Shown: piece by piece, positions 1 through 40,970 of the stretch | Layout of the letters: each line of letters begins with the position of its first letter | Position numbering within the stretch: the stretch's first letter is position 1 | NCBI RefSeq assembly: GCF_009914755.1 | Contig: NC_060940.1 | Direction: 5' to 3' (one strand) | DNA from: the human T2T-CHM13v2.0 reference genome, Homo sapiens | Length of the DNA: 64,000 nucleotides | Program-made: the position numbers and the translations under genes | The notes under the pieces: model-generated | Seen by the model: only the letters and a program-made list of their open reading frames with translations | The model's database searches: none | What the model was told of the DNA's origin: nothing

Positions 1-316
1 AACACTTAATGATATGTTGGGAGGACTGTAGCTTTCCCTGCGAACACTGATTAGGCACTGCTGGGGCCTTTTATCACAGGAAGCCCTTGGTAGGCGGTGA
101 GGGGTGGTGGAAAGGGCATGGCTGCCAGCTGGAGATTTGGGGCCAATCCCATCTCTGCCCCCGCTCACCTGTGAGATTAGGGAGCCAGACCCCATGAGGC
201 ATAGACCCTCTTCTCAGGAGCATGACTCTCTGGGGTCAACAGACCAGCTTCATGCCTCCAAAGTGTGAAATGGAGGGGATGCCTCTTGGCCTTGGGGAGG
301 CTGGGCAGTGGCCTGA

Positions 317-904
<588 letters not shown>

Positions 905-914
905 ATATTCCATT

Positions 915-958
915 TATATATACATATATATATACACACATACACACACACACACACG

Positions 959-1001
<43 letters not shown>

Positions 1002-1112
1002 TTAGTAGAGATGAAGTCATCAGGCTGGTCTCAAACTCCCGGGCTCAAGGGATCCTCCTTCGTCAGCCTCCCAAATTGCTAGGATTACAGGCGTGAAACA
1101 CCACACCCAGCC
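915..1112. repeat. Compound (TA)n/(CA)n microsatellite (915-1000) abutting an old Alu left monomer on - (1001-1112)
   Basis: Visible dinucleotide runs; caggctggtctcaaactcc...gattacaggcgtga. Confidence 0.85.
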
Positions 1113-2473
1113 TGCTCTCTTGAGTCCCAGTTCTCCTGCTTCATGTCTCTCCACTTTCTCTCTTTCTCTTTGAACTTGGGCATATACTGGAAGAAGACCA
1201 ACAAAAGGAGTATCCCTATTTTTCCTGCTCTTGCTCAGGATACCCCAAGTCCAAGATCCATTTCCCCTCTGAGGTCTGGCCTTCAGAGCTGGCCAGGGGA
1301 GGGCTAAGAAACCACTGAAAGAGGTTGAGTGAGCCCTCACCTTTGGCCAAGAGGGCGGTGGTTTAAAACAGGCCCTCCAGATTGCCTTTTATGAAACATT
1401 CTCTCATTCAATTAAGATACTTCAATTTCCGACATTTGCAGTCACAGGCATTTTCATGAAGTCCCATTTTGCATAGTTCTAATTCTCCATTTTCTTTCTT
1501 TCTTTTTTTTAATTTGCACTAGGCTAAAAGTAATTCTCCATTTTCCTTTGAGTTTTTTGTCCTATATAAGTAACGTTGGGGAGGGAGGGGATTAAAGTCC
1601 CAACCCTGCCAAAACACAAAAATTCTTGCCATCACTTGGTCCCTGAGCATATATATGTTTGTATAGTTGCAAAAACAAAGTGAAACAAAAACCCTTTTAC
1701 TATTTAGACAATATGGGATTTTTTAGTTTTATAATCTTTAGTTTGTTAAACATCTAAAGTAAAAAGTTAATTTTTACTTTTAGTCTTTTATAGTTTTATT
1801 ACTAGTTTAGTTGATTAGTTTTTTATATAAAAAGATAAAAATGGCCTTTAATCCCACTGTCTAGATAATTTCTTTTGACTTGTAAAGTAATAATTGTCCA
1901 AGGTTAAAACCCAAACAGGAAAGAAAAGTCTAAAAGGGATCAGGATAGAAAGGCAAAGAAACCTACAAGGCAAAGGAATGGCCCGACCCAAGACCAAGAC
2001 CTGTTGAATCAGAGGCTCCACCTCCTGACACCCCACTGCGAATGCTGTGGGCGGGAGCCTGAGAGCCAGGGATGCGGGGAAGGTCATCCAGCTTACTGCT
2101 AGTTCCCGAGAAATCAAGGGCTGGAGGGCTGGGCGGCCTGAGCCACGGGTTTTCACTGAGACTTGAGGGCTGGCATCTCATCCTGGCTCTGCTCCTGGGC
2201 GTCAAGTTGAGCTTCCCAGGCCTGGGCTTTCACCTTTCCAGTGAAAGAAGCCGGGCAGGCAGACCACAAACTCCTTCCCGTTCAGAATCAGTCCCAGGCC
2301 GTGTGCCTACGTGTAGTTCTCCTAATGGAACTTGGGGAGATTGTTTTGTGCATCTCCAGTGGGGAAGATATTAATTGGGACGCATGTGTCAAGTGTCTCA
2401 GTGATGTCTGACCGACTTGCAGGAAGAAGCAGGTGGAGCGATCTTTAGCCATGAGCCTTGCCTCTTGTTTCAG

Positions 2474-14953
<12,480 letters not shown>

Positions 14954-17900
14954 GCCCCAGAGGTCGCACTCCGCAGGAGGACTGAGGCCATGTGCCATTC
15001 TCCCGGGCCCAGCGCCCGGCCGTCACCCCACCCGATGACCTGCATGAAGCCAGCAGCACCCAGAGCCACTCCTGCTGCCCTAGAACTAGCGGTTAGAAGA
15101 ATCCGCTGTTCCTCCCTCATCTCCTCTGCCTGTGTCTGCGACCCCCATCCATGTGCCAAAGTGTCCCTTGGGTCACACAGCTAAAGCCGAGGTGACCAGT
15201 TGTACCCCGAGTGCCAGGCTTGTGAGATGAGACCAAGAGGGAGGAGGGGAAGGACTCCATGGGCCATCGTGGGCCAAGGGCTGGCGAGGGTGGGGGCGGG
15301 CAAGGGATGCAGGCAGGACAGCCATGAGGTGGGGCTGCAGCCGGCACACCCAGTGGTGGAGGGCCGGCGCTGCCACTCACGGTGGGTGGCCGTGGGCCAC
15401 CTTCCCTGCAATGGGTGCACACGCGGCTCCCATCCAGCCCTCTCAGCGTGGGGCTGTGGCTGGTCCTCACTATTCCCCAGTCTCCCGCTGTGGGGCAGGA
15501 ACAGGAAGTGACGGGAACCTTGAGGAGGAAACGCCTGTGTTAGGGAGAGAGTGGGTGCGGTGTAGAGGATGCTCTTGGCCGGCTGGAGCAAGACCTGGCT
15601 CCCACCAGAGGGACGTGTGTGTGCCTGCAGACGGCCCGGGAGCTGTGTGTCTCCGCCAGAGTCACAGCAGTGCCGAGGTGTCCGCGGCAGACCACACAGA
15701 CCGTCTGAAATGCGCCCGCCTGGCGGACAGCTCCCTTCTGAAGCAGAGAAGCCTCCATGGTCACGAAGCAGCGTTGTGCTGTGTGTCCCTCGCAAGAAGC
15801 ACAGGAAAGAGAAGTTTCTTTAGTAGCCACTAGACAACCACCCTTTCTGAAAGCAAACAGTGCTGCTCTTTATTCCAGACAAGGCAGGAAAGTCTGAGTT
15901 GGGAGTGACAGTGGCTGGAGAGAAGCAGATCTGTGCAACGTGCAGGGCAAGCCAGTGGCGTGGCCTCTGCCTCTAAGCGCTGAGCATTGGGCCCCTTCCC
16001 CACCAGACCTTTGTAGCTCCTCCAGCCTCTGCAGAGACTCCCTTCACCTCGCACTTACTGCCTGGGAACCACGGCCCTTCTCTTCTGTGGGTCTGTACCA
16101 GGTACTCCAGGCCAGCCCATGGGCCCGGGGCCTGACCCCAACACCTGCATGCTGGGTCCAGAGCCTTCTGTTTCACCGTGCGTGGACACTGCTAGGCCGC
16201 CTGGGGTCCCCTGCCTCCTGCCTGTCGCTGCCGTGGTCCCTGACTGCGAAATAGGCCCGCGGGGCTCTCCCTCCTCCTGCCATCCTCCCCTCCCGCCCTT
16301 CCTGGCTACCTCCTCTGACATGCGGTCAGATAAGTCCCGTCTTGTTTGTGAGTACCACAGAAACGCCTGAGAGTCACTTACCCGGCCACTGCTTGGAAGG
16401 TTTCCCTCCGGGGAATGCCTCCCTGGAATGTTCCAGAGACGGAACATTCTCTAGAGACAACAGTCTGTGCTGCAGATTGGTTGGATCACAGAATGTGTGT
16501 CTGGGGCATTATCTGAAACGTGGTGTCATCTGATGCATTTGGACCATATGCTGCCAGACTGCAGAACGGGGGAGCCGGGGCTCAGGGCCCCTGACTGCAT
16601 GGTGCATGAGTGATCTCAGCCTAGCGATGCCGCTGGCCAGACCGTGACCATGCTGCCAGTGTGCTCGCCATGAGCTGGGTCAGGGCTGGGGAGTTGTGCA
16701 GGCTGGGGTGACCCTTCCCCCATCATTGGGCCCCAACGGGCATGTCTCCACCGAATCCATTTAGAGAAATGTCAGAGCGAGGGTTGTGTGGACACCCCTC
16801 GCTCTGATGCCAACTGCAGATAATACACACCTCCTGCAGCGTCCAGCCACGGCTCCAGGGCACTGCTCTCCTCCTTGCACCGGTGAAACTCAGGCCACAC
16901 TCAAGGGCTGACTGTCCAGGCGCTCCCTTCAGCCGCCTCGTCGTCAGCGTTCTTAGTCATGCATTATTCGTGTTAGCTGAAATGCATTCAGACTTTGTTC
17001 TGCGGTGCCCACAGGACTTACCCCTGTATGTACAGGATTTTTGTATGAAAGTTTTGTTTGATTCTGAGACTCTCTTGGGAACGCTGGAGAGCTTGTGCAC
17101 AGCCTCTGGAAGGAAAGGCAGCGCTGACTTCGTTGGGCTTTTTTCCAAGCACTTTAACTTCAGAAATGGTCTTGACACTTTTTTCTCCACATAGACTCTT
17201 GAAATAGCCATTTCAGGGGAGGAAAGGGTTGGGGTTTTCTTTGTTTGTTTGTTTGTTTCCCCCTTTACTACCTGTTCTTGTAGATCTAGCTCCTCAGAGT
17301 TGGAGGAAGGCTGACAGAGAAGGTCTCCTCTGTGCTCCATCCACACAGGATGCCGGAGAGACAGCCCCTTGTGCTGTGAGCAGAGCAGGCAGTGGCTCTG
17401 GAGGCTGCCTGTGGTCTCCTTCCGGCTGTGGCTGACAGTGGCTCTGGCCAGGGTTGCTTGGAGAAGGCTCAGTGTGCCTGGGACAGGGCTTACCACCTGC
17501 CACCAAGGTTTCCTCTCTTCCCCCAGGACCTGGGCAGAGCAGGCATGAGCTGGGCTGTGGTGCAGAGCAAGCAGACCCAGCCACACTGCTCAAAGGTCCC
17601 TGCGTGGGGAGGTGTCACACCAGGGGCACACCCAGGGCCACCTGGGTGTAGGAGAGCTCTGGTGGCCCCTCCGTAAACTCAGGAAGTGTCAGGTGATTTC
17701 CTAGGGAGAGGTTCCCAGTCCCAGCAGGCAGAATGCCCAAAACCAGGAGCACGAAGGCCTGTCATCCATGGGGCCATTGCAGGCACTCTGCCGCCCGACC
17801 TTGAGGGCTGTGCCAATCCTAGTGAACCAAAATGCAAACAACTCACACAAGTGAAAAGCTCCCTGCTTTGAAAACAGGACATGTTGACAGGCAGCATGGT

Positions 17901-18538
17901 ATGTTTTTAGCCTTTGTTACAGTTTTAGCAACATTGATGTCTAAGAGGGGCCGTGGTAATAGATTGCATCTGCCCTGTGCATGCGCATGTTTAACCACAG
18001 GCCAGAGAACTCAATTCTGATGTCGTAAGTTCTCTGTAAGTGAAATGGGGTAGACTGTATGATTTTCCTATTGCCAAAAGAAAGAAAGGGGGCCAAACAG
18101 CTCTGAAATTTCCAAAAAATGGCTAGAGGGAGAGTCCAGTTTCTGAGCTCTGTACCCAAATTAAAATCCTGATGTTCAGGTTAATCCAAGCAACACGCAT
18201 TGGGTTTAAAACCAGCACCGAGGCCCAGTGGGGGAATCACAGACATCACCAAGTCTCGTCTTCTTTCCTTCCTGTGAGTTGAAACCAAACAGGCCTCTCG
18301 CTCACTCCTCCCAGCCCAGTAATGCTGAGGAGTTCAGTTGTGAGGAAAGAAGGCTGGAGCTGTGAGATTCGCTTTTCCCTAGGCTGTTCCGCGTGGGTTA
18401 CCTTATCACCCTGGAGCACTTGGTATTCCAGACCCCTGACATGAGGAATGCAGGTTCACACTGTAAAGAGTTTGTGAAAGGTTTCAGTCTAACTGGGGTT
18501 CCTTAGCTGGAAGCCAGGGCTGGAAGCTACAGGCCTGA

Positions 18539-18870
<332 letters not shown>

Positions 18871-20834
18871 TCTGTTGGCTTTTTAGTTAGGAAGGATCCA
18901 GCTAGGCCCGTGTGGTTAGATCAGCTTTGTTACTGAATTACCTAAAACCAGACCACAGCACAGCCAGGGAGCCCAGTAGTGTTTCCAAGAACAGTGTGGA
19001 GCTTGAGAAAGAGAACTTTAAAAATTAGAGGGTCCCTTTCTGCAGAGGAAGGGATGCTCGCAGGGTGGCAGTGGCCCAGCCCCAGCCTCAGGGACGGGGA
19101 GGGAGAGCCCCCTCTGGGCCCAGCAGGCAGGTGTTCTGAGGCTGGTCCCTCCTCAGTTTCCGCAGCCACAAGGCGAAACGGCCAGATTCTCACTCAAGGT
19201 CGTTCTCACTCCTTTTCCTGTCCCGTTTCCAGTCCCACTGAGCCATTCACTTCTGCTGAACCATTTTTCTTAGGATGCAGCCGTCTCACTCCCTTGTCCT
19301 GTAAATCGTGTATTCATGTTGATGATTCTTGGAGATAGGTTTCACTTTTTCCCAGCTGCGTCCACAGGAAAGGGGAGTCGGATGCCAGCTGCACCCCGCC
19401 TGGCTCGCACAGGCTAAGACCACAGACAGAGCAGGGCTTCCCGGAGCCACACAGGCCACGCACCCCAGGAACCCTTGCTGCCGCGGGCCAGGAACAGGAA
19501 TGTGTTGGTGCCTGAGACACCAAATGGAAGAAGCACATCAAGACTGTTCTCCTGCGGCCAACACTGGCCCGGAAGCCGCCCTCCATACAGGCCCTCAGGG
19601 GGCCTGCCTTCTGCGCCTCAGTCCCCCGTGCATCCCTGGGCCTGGGTATCACATGCTCTCCAGGAAAGGGACGGAATCAATCGTGTGACCGATGGGCTCG
19701 CAAGGATGGGTGCCGCCGTGGGAGCCCTGCCTCTGGTGCTGGCAAGGGATTGGGTTTGTGTGGGTGTCTCTAGCCTGCAGAGTGCAGTGAGTGAGAGTCC
19801 TTGGGAGCGCGGCGCTGCCTGTAGCTGCGCCTGGGGATGCACGTGGCCACGGGATTTCAGTGGGACAGCGCTCCCACAGGGGCTGGGGGTGGGGGTGGGG
19901 TTTCTTAGTTACTGTTGGAAAGGGAAAAATTCACCATATCCAAGGGGAGAGACGATGGGCTGGGTTTGTTTACTCCAACTTCCCTTCTACACCCCTCCTG
20001 CAGGACAGTACGATTTGGGGAGAACCCAGCTCCCCACTTTATCTGCAGACTCTGGGACCTGACAAAACAGTCAGAGCCTGAGTGCACTGCAGCCTGAACT
20101 CCCTTGAGCAGCGCTATAAGGGACTTTGCACTTTAAAAAGGGGATGCCTGTCAGTAAATCCCCTGTGCATTGACTAGAACTGGGGGGCTGCGCCCGCTCC
20201 CTCCTTAATCCTAGATGATTTGCTCATGAAATAGAGGTGGGGGACGACCGCATGCACTCTGGGAGGTGCAGCCCTAAGGGGTGGACTCCAGATCTCCCTG
20301 CAAGAGACAGCTTGGCTTGGCTTTGGCTGTTGGGGAGGAGTCCCTGCCATCCCGGTGAGCCTGGGGCTGTTGCTTAGGGTCTTCTGGGTGGACACGTGGA
20401 GAAAGAGAAGGCAAACGTTGGAACACTAGGAAAAGCTAGAAATTCAGACAACACACATGGATCCCCTTAAAACATGTAAATGTGTCAGAACACGGTTGAC
20501 CTGCCGCCTTCTTGAACCTGGTGGCCCCCGTTGGAACTATCAGTGGCGTCTCCCATGCACACGCCCTCTGCTTTCTCTTTCCTAGACTCGCGGTGCTCAC
20601 ATCCAGACATTACCTTGTTGGTAGCCCCCAAGTGGCGTGCAGTGACACCAGTATCTTCTCTGTTGCATTTTTGCAATCTTGTGTCCCGCTCGGTGATGTT
20701 CTACAAACTCTGTTTTAAGGTTGAGAAAGTTTCAAGGGTGAAGATCTCAAAACAGTGCTAAAATCAAAGGTGTTTGCTGTGAAGAAAAACATGTGTATAT
20801 ATTGCACCTTGAGTTGTCAGAAGGTAGAAACTGA

Positions 20835-20840
20835 AATAAA
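20835..20840 (+). terminator. KIAA0513 polyadenylation signal AATAAA
   Basis: ctgaAATAAActaacttt(A10)gtctgtttaattttt; upstream TGTA element at 20794. Confidence 0.75.
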
Positions 20841-21359
20841 CTAACTTTAAAAAAAAAAGTCTGTTTAATTTTTAACACATCCATGAGGACTTTTTACAGA
20901 ATTTGCAATCTTCTCAGTGATACCCATAGCTTTTCAGAAGGAAACCATTTTCTCTAAGGCCAAATAGACATTTTTCCCATGCGGGCTGAGCACCCGGGTC
21001 TTAACAGATAGAGCAGCCACGTTGGCCATGTTGGTAGTCTGTATTCATGAATGAGGGACCCCCTTTCTGGACTGGGTCTCGGCCCAGGTTCCACCAGCGC
21101 CTTGAGCCCCTCCACCTGGACACCTGACCCTACCCCTCAGAGCCAAAGCCACCTTACCTCTTTGATTGGGGGTTTTGGGGTGGTCAGTGGCCCTGACCAC
21201 AGCCCCTATCCGACACGAGCAGGGCGCCTGCATCAGTTCCTTCCAACTCCGTTCTACAAAAGTATTTCAAACATCTGGGGGGTTTTCCTTTTCTCTGATT
21301 GTAAGAAGTCCACAGCCACATTCTGATACTCTGGCCTAAACAGATGGGCAATGAGCCCT

Positions 21360-21560
21360 GGGAAGGAGCAGGACGCAGGGGCATCCCCCAGACCCCAGGG
21401 CTGAGATGCAGGGGTCCCCTTCACGCCCGGGGAAGGAGCAGGACGCAGAGGCGTCCCCCAGACCCCAGGGCTGAGACGCAGGGGTCCCCTTCACGCCCGG
21501 GGAAGGAGCAGGGCACAGGGGTGTCCCCCAGACCCCAGGGCTGAGATGCAAGGTCCCCCT
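21360..21560. repeat. 70-bp minisatellite, ~2.9 copies
   Basis: ggaaggagcagg...cccccagaccccagggctgaga.gcaggggtccccttcacgcccgg starts at 21361, 21431 and 21501. Confidence 0.9.
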
Positions 21561-22113
21561 CCCCCAGCTGCCTGAGTGGACGGGGACACTCCCTGCCACT
21601 CCAGGCAGAGAAGAATGGAGCAGCCTCCACGTCCCTGGCTCTCCATCTGCCCCCTCTTAGCCACACAGGGAGGGCGGGCATGGCTGGTGGGTGCACAGCC
21701 CTGGGGCGTCGCATCTGGGCTTTTTCTCTGGTGTTGGGGGATTCCTCCCGCAGGAGGTGAGGGGTTAGACTCGGAGGCAAACTCCAGGGAGGGGAGAAAC
21801 TCCTCTGAAAGGCAGCGAAGACCCCAAAGAGTTTGGGCAGCTCGGGGCAGGACCTGGAAGGGCCTGGATCCAGTTCCACCTCCCGCCAGCTGACTGTATG
21901 CCCTTAGCCAGATGGTTCTTTGAGCCTCAGCTTCTTCATCTGTGGACCAGGAAGAAGAGCATCACACGCCCTAGGCCGTTCCTGTGGGAAATGCAGGCAG
22001 GCCTCTTCCTGCACAGCTGCCCTTCAGACAGGGGCAGGAAGTTCCCTATCTAGTGAAAGAAAAAGGACCCAGCTCTTCTAATTTTTATAGGAATAAATTA
22101 AAATGTACTATTC

Positions 22114-22461
<348 letters not shown>

Positions 22462-22872
22462 TCAGGGCCCCAAAAGAGAGAATTTCTGAGTTTTCTTGCC
22501 AGTTCCCAAGTGACCAGTGGAGAAGGAGTGACAGGGAAGGCTCTGGGCCAATTGTCCCACCTGTACTCCGGGACCATTGGTCTCTTTGGTGCACTGGGGC
22601 CAAAGGGGAAGGGGAGAGACCCCCAACCCAGCCGACCTTACATGAAATTGGCACCACCAATTCCAGGACCACAGCCCTGACAAGCAAGGTCATTGTCCTT
22701 CAGAAACTATCACAGAGCTGGGACTCAGCTGAGGTTTCTGAAAACACAGACATTTACATATAAGCAAATGTGTGTGTACACACAGGTATATGCATATAAA
22801 AGTATACAAATATACACTCTAAAGCATTCATAGATGGAATATACAGATTATATAGAACATCTAGAAAGTTTT

Positions 22873-22952
22873 AGTTACTTCTGGAGTGTGTATCCTGGCC
22901 TGGGGGAGTCAAGTTATTTCTGGAGTGTGTATCCTGGCCTGGGGGAGTCAAG
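22873..22952. repeat. 39-bp tandem duplication (2 copies)
   Basis: ctggagtgtgtatcctggcctgggggagtcaag at 22881 and 22920. Confidence 0.9.
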
Positions 22953-23005
22953 GATTCCCCAAGAGGTGCCGTGGAGCCAAATCTTGGGTAATGAAAATCA
23001 CCGTG

Positions 23006-23283
23006 GGCCGAGCGCGGTGGCTCCCGCCTGTAATCCCAGCACTTTGGGAGGCCGAGGTGGGCAGATTGCCTGAGCTCAGGAGTTTAAGACCAGCCTGGCC
23101 AACAAGGCGAAAACCCACCTCTACTAAAAATACAAAACATTAGCCAGGCGTGGCGGCGGGTGCCTGTAGTCCCAGCTACAGGTGAGGTTGAGGCACGAGA
23201 GTCGCTTGAACCTGGGAGGCAGAAGTTTCAGTGAGCTGAGATCGCACCACTGGGTGACAGAGTGAGACTCTGTCTCAAAAAAA
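23006..23283 (+). mobile_element. Alu
   Basis: Consensus; TSD aaaatcac(c/t)gtg. Confidence 0.9.
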
Positions 23284-23843
23284 TCACTGTGATGAAGACG
23301 CCAACCCTACCTCGATCCTGTGAGAAAGATGTGTGTCCCTCACTTTGCTAATGAAAAAAACCAGGGCACTCCACGTGGGGAATGCGAACTCGGGGCTGTC
23401 TGGCTCTAGAGCTCAGCGGTTATCTACGAGGGCAGCATGAGGGGCCACCGGGTGGACCATTCCCAGCCAAGGTCTTCAGAATGCAGGAGGCTAGCCAGGG
23501 ATGAGCCCCCCACAGCGTGGATGCCCCACCCCAGGCCCTCGAAAGGATTCCACAGCTGGAACAGGCGCCCCCCCAGGATGGAAGGTTTGTGATCCTACCT
23601 AGGAAGTTGGTAGAAAGAAGCTTCTATGCTGTTCCATCTCCTCATGGAGGATTTAGCCTCATTTGGAACTTTCACTGGCTTCCGTTGTCTCAACAGAGAC
23701 AAGCTGCTTTCTGGCTTTGAGATGCTGGGACCCCCGACCGGGGGTGGCCCGTTGGGGGTGCTGGGATCAGTGAAGCCAGCCTGTATCTGCAGGCTCCAGG
23801 TGCACCTTCCAACCCGGGACCATTGGGCAGTGTGTGGCCTTGA

Positions 23844-24195
<352 letters not shown>

Positions 24196-24456
24196 ACGGA
24201 AGCCAGTTCTAGGACCCAGACATCTCCACCAAGCCTCAATGTCACCAAGTCGTGCCAGGCTGGGAGGAGCAGGCTCATCTCGGCTGCCCTCAGAGACGGT
24301 CCAGAGGATTAGCTCCCCGGCTGTGCACCAGGGGCCCCAGCAGACAGCCCCCCAGTCCACACACCCCAACCCTCTCTACACTTCCATCCCCCTCTGACCT
24401 CTGTGGACTTCTGTGACAATCTTTGTCCCAAGAGCATCCCTGCACATCACGTCCAT

Positions 24457-24912
24457 GTGTTACGGGCTGAATTTTGCCCCCAAAGGTCTATGTTGAAGTC
24501 CTACCTGCCCCCATACTTCAGAATGTGACCTTATTTGGAAATGGGGTCCTTGCTGATATAATTAGTCAAGATGAGGCCATCCTGGAGTAAGGTGGGCCTC
24601 TGATGATGGGCGTCCTTTATAGGAGGGGGAGGTTTGGACACAGGCTCAAGTGCACACTGGGAGAACACCACATGAAGAGGAAGGCCAGGTCCGGGGGATG
24701 TGGCTACAAGCCCAGGCGTGCCAAGGACAGGAGCCACTGGAAGCTGGAGGGGGCCTGGGATGGGTGCTCCCTCTGAGCCTCCAAAAAGAAACAGCCCTAC
24801 TGACCCCTTGCTCGCAGATTTCTGGGTTCCAGAACACAGGAGAGTGATTTTCTGTGGTTTGAGCTGCCCAGGCAGTGGTGCTTTGTCAAGGCAGCCCAGG
24901 AAAGGAATCTAC
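24457..24912 (+). mobile_element. ERVL-MaLR solo LTR (MLT1B/C-like)
   Basis: tgttacgggctgaat..., cagaatgtgaccttatttggaaat, ggaagctggaggg, gtggtgctttgtcaaggcagcccaggaaa. Confidence 0.8.
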
Positions 24913-25009
24913 TGTGCTTGCAACATGAACACAGGGGCAGGCACGTCCCACCCAAGCCCCCAGACTAAAGGCAGAATGAGAGAGCCGGGATCAAGCTGAG
25001 AGTCACAGG

Positions 25010-25173
25010 GCATTTATTGAACACCTACTATATGCCAGGCACAGCGATCCCCCAGAGCAACCTGTGAAGTGAGTGATATTGGCCCTGTTGTACAGATGAG
25101 GAAACTGAGGCTCAGAGGACACGTGGCTTGCCTGAGGGCACACAGCAGAGCCCACCTGAGGATCCAAGGCCAG

Positions 25174-25200
<27 letters not shown>
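25010..25200. mobile_element. MIR with L2-derived tail, overlapping the CIBAR2 3' end
   Basis: atttattgaacacctactatatgccaggcac ... tacagatgaggaaactgaggctcagag. Confidence 0.8.
25013..25018 (-). terminator. CIBAR2 polyadenylation signal AATAAA, inside a MIR/L2-type 3' end
   Basis: catTTATTgaacacctactatatgccaggcac on +, i.e. AATAAA on -, about 155 nt after the distal stop. Confidence 0.75.
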
Positions 25201-38993
<13,793 letters not shown>

Positions 38994-39260
38994 TGTGACC
39001 AGAGCTTTGGCCGTCCCGGTGCTGGGGAATAAGGACAGGGCCCCAGGGGTCCTGCAGGCCTGGGAGGAGCCGGGCAGGGCTGGGTGCAGCTGTGTGGCCT
39101 GGGCTCAAGGGACGCTGCCACCCGGTTGCTAGGCGATGGGGCCGCCCACGGCAGGCCCTAGGAGGAGCCGGTCGCCCGGGCAATGCCTCCCTGAGGCCGG
39201 CCTCCCCAGCCTCGCGTTGGCTCAGGAGCTGCTGAGAGAAGAGGGCACCCCACAGAGGCC
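38994..39260 (-). promoter_or_regulatory. CIBAR2 5'UTR and proximal promoter with two RFX X-box-like motifs (39125-39137, 39171-39184)
   Basis: GC/CpG-enriched, directly upstream of the ATG; GTTGCTAGGCGAT and GTCGCCCGGGCAAT resemble GTYRCC-N0-3-RGYAAC. Confidence 0.7.
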
Positions 39261-40557
39261 CACACTCTCCCTTTGAAGATGGAGGCTCTTGTGGAATGGG
39301 GCTAGTGGCTGGGGCTCCCCAGGAGGTAGCAGGGAGAGAATTAGGGGGCTCAGGCCTGCGTGCGGCCACATGTGTGGGTCCTGCCCACTGGGCTCCTCCC
39401 TCCCTTCAGGGAAGCTGCCTGCCCCGAGCCTGCCACTGGCCTTTCTGGGGTCTAGTCTCAGGTGGGCGGGACATGGAAAAGCTCAGGTGGGGGGTGCAGA
39501 CGCACAGAGTAAACTCGGGCTCCCCAGGGTGGGGCAAGGAACCAGCTCAAAGGAGCGTCTTTCACGTTTTTATCATAATTGCATTGTTTTTTCCCTTATT
39601 ATAAAAGCATTATCTGCTCACTGTTAGTAAAGTAAGATAATTAAGATACCACAGAAAGAAAATATAAATGCACATGTCAGATTGACTAGCTCAAGTCCAA
39701 TACATTCCACTAATGGTATGATTTCTATGTCTCAATGTATAGACACTTTACCTTCAGAAAAGAAACATAAAAATCACGACAGTAAGGAACGGGGATGGGA
39801 GGCGGGCAGAGGAAGCGGCCCAGGCCTTACTCTGCCGTTCTGTTACTTTGTATGTTTGGAGGCTTTCATTATGGAAATGGAAAGGGTTTTTTGTTTTGTT
39901 TTGTTTTTAAAGCATATATAAAAGCAAGGACTTCAGGGTCAGCTAAATACAGGTTCAAATCCCAGACCCCGCTCTGCTGTGTGACCTTGGGCAAGTCCCC
40001 TGACCTCTCTGGGCTTCAGTCCCCTCCCCTGCAGAATGGGCTCATGACAGTACTCAGTTAGGAGAAGTAAGTCCCTGGCATGGGGGCGAAGGGACAGACA
40101 CAGAGGCTGGGGCGGGGACCCAGAACTCATTGAAATTCCCAGTGCACAGGCCCAGGCTGGTGGCGGCTTCCCTCTGTGACCGATCCCCAGGTGCCCACTG
40201 GGCTGTGCCGGCTGGCTGGCCCCTCCTCACGCTTCTCCAGTGATCTCATCGTCACACTCTCTCCAATCGTCCCTTTGCAGATGCCCTGCCCTGTGTTCCC
40301 CGGAGTCCCCGAACAACGCATGGACCACCCCAGCTCTGTCCCTGCTGGGTCCCCATTCTCTGTCTGGGGCATGAACCCCCACAACCTCCCACGGGATGGC
40401 TCTAAGTAGCCCCCTGGGGTTCCACAGTCAGCGTGGCTCCTCCCTTTCTGTGCCAAGCTGTGGGGTGGTGGGGTCCTGTGTCCCCTTTGTGCCGTGCAGC
40501 CGTCGCTGAGCGCCAGTCAAGTCCCTCTCCTGCTCTCTGCTTCCTTCACTCTTGGGG

Positions 40558-40970
40558 GCTGTGCTGGGTGGGAGAGTGTCCCCCCAAATGTATGTCTCCC
40601 TGGGGACCTCAGAGTGTGGCCTTATTTGGAAACAGGGTGGCTGCAGATGTGATTGGCTGAGTCGCACTGGAGGAGGGTGGGCCCTGATCCCACCACCGGG
40701 GTCCTCATGGGAAGAGGAGACAGAGACACACCCGGGGGAGATGGCCATGCGGCCATGGGGCAGGGACGGGAGCGGCGCAGTGTGAGCCAGGAGCACGGAG
40801 AGCTGCCAGGAGCCGGAGACAGCCCCGGAGCCTCCGGAGGGACTGCAGCAGCCTCCCTAGATCCTTGATTTCGGACTCTGTGGCCCCAGAACTAGGAGAG
40901 AAGAAACTACTGTCATTTTAAGCCCCCAGTTTGGGGTAATTTTGCTATGGGAGCCCCAGGACACTCACAC
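40558..40970 (+). mobile_element. MaLR LTR (MLT1B/C-like)
   Basis: tgtcccccaaatgtatgtc...cctcagagtgtggccttatttggaaacagg...ccagaactaggagagaag...ttttgctatgggagccccagga. Confidence 0.75.

Noticed and set aside
1680-1850. Very AT-rich stretch in a GC-rich intron as a foreign insertion or NUMT
   Set aside because: No ORF, tRNA or recognisable mitochondrial sequence; most simply low-complexity or decayed repeat DNA. A BLAST/Dfam search would be needed to say more.
21360-21560. Regularly spaced repeats as a CRISPR-like array
   Set aside because: Units are contiguous with no unique spacers, there are no cas genes, and the DNA is human: this is an ordinary minisatellite.
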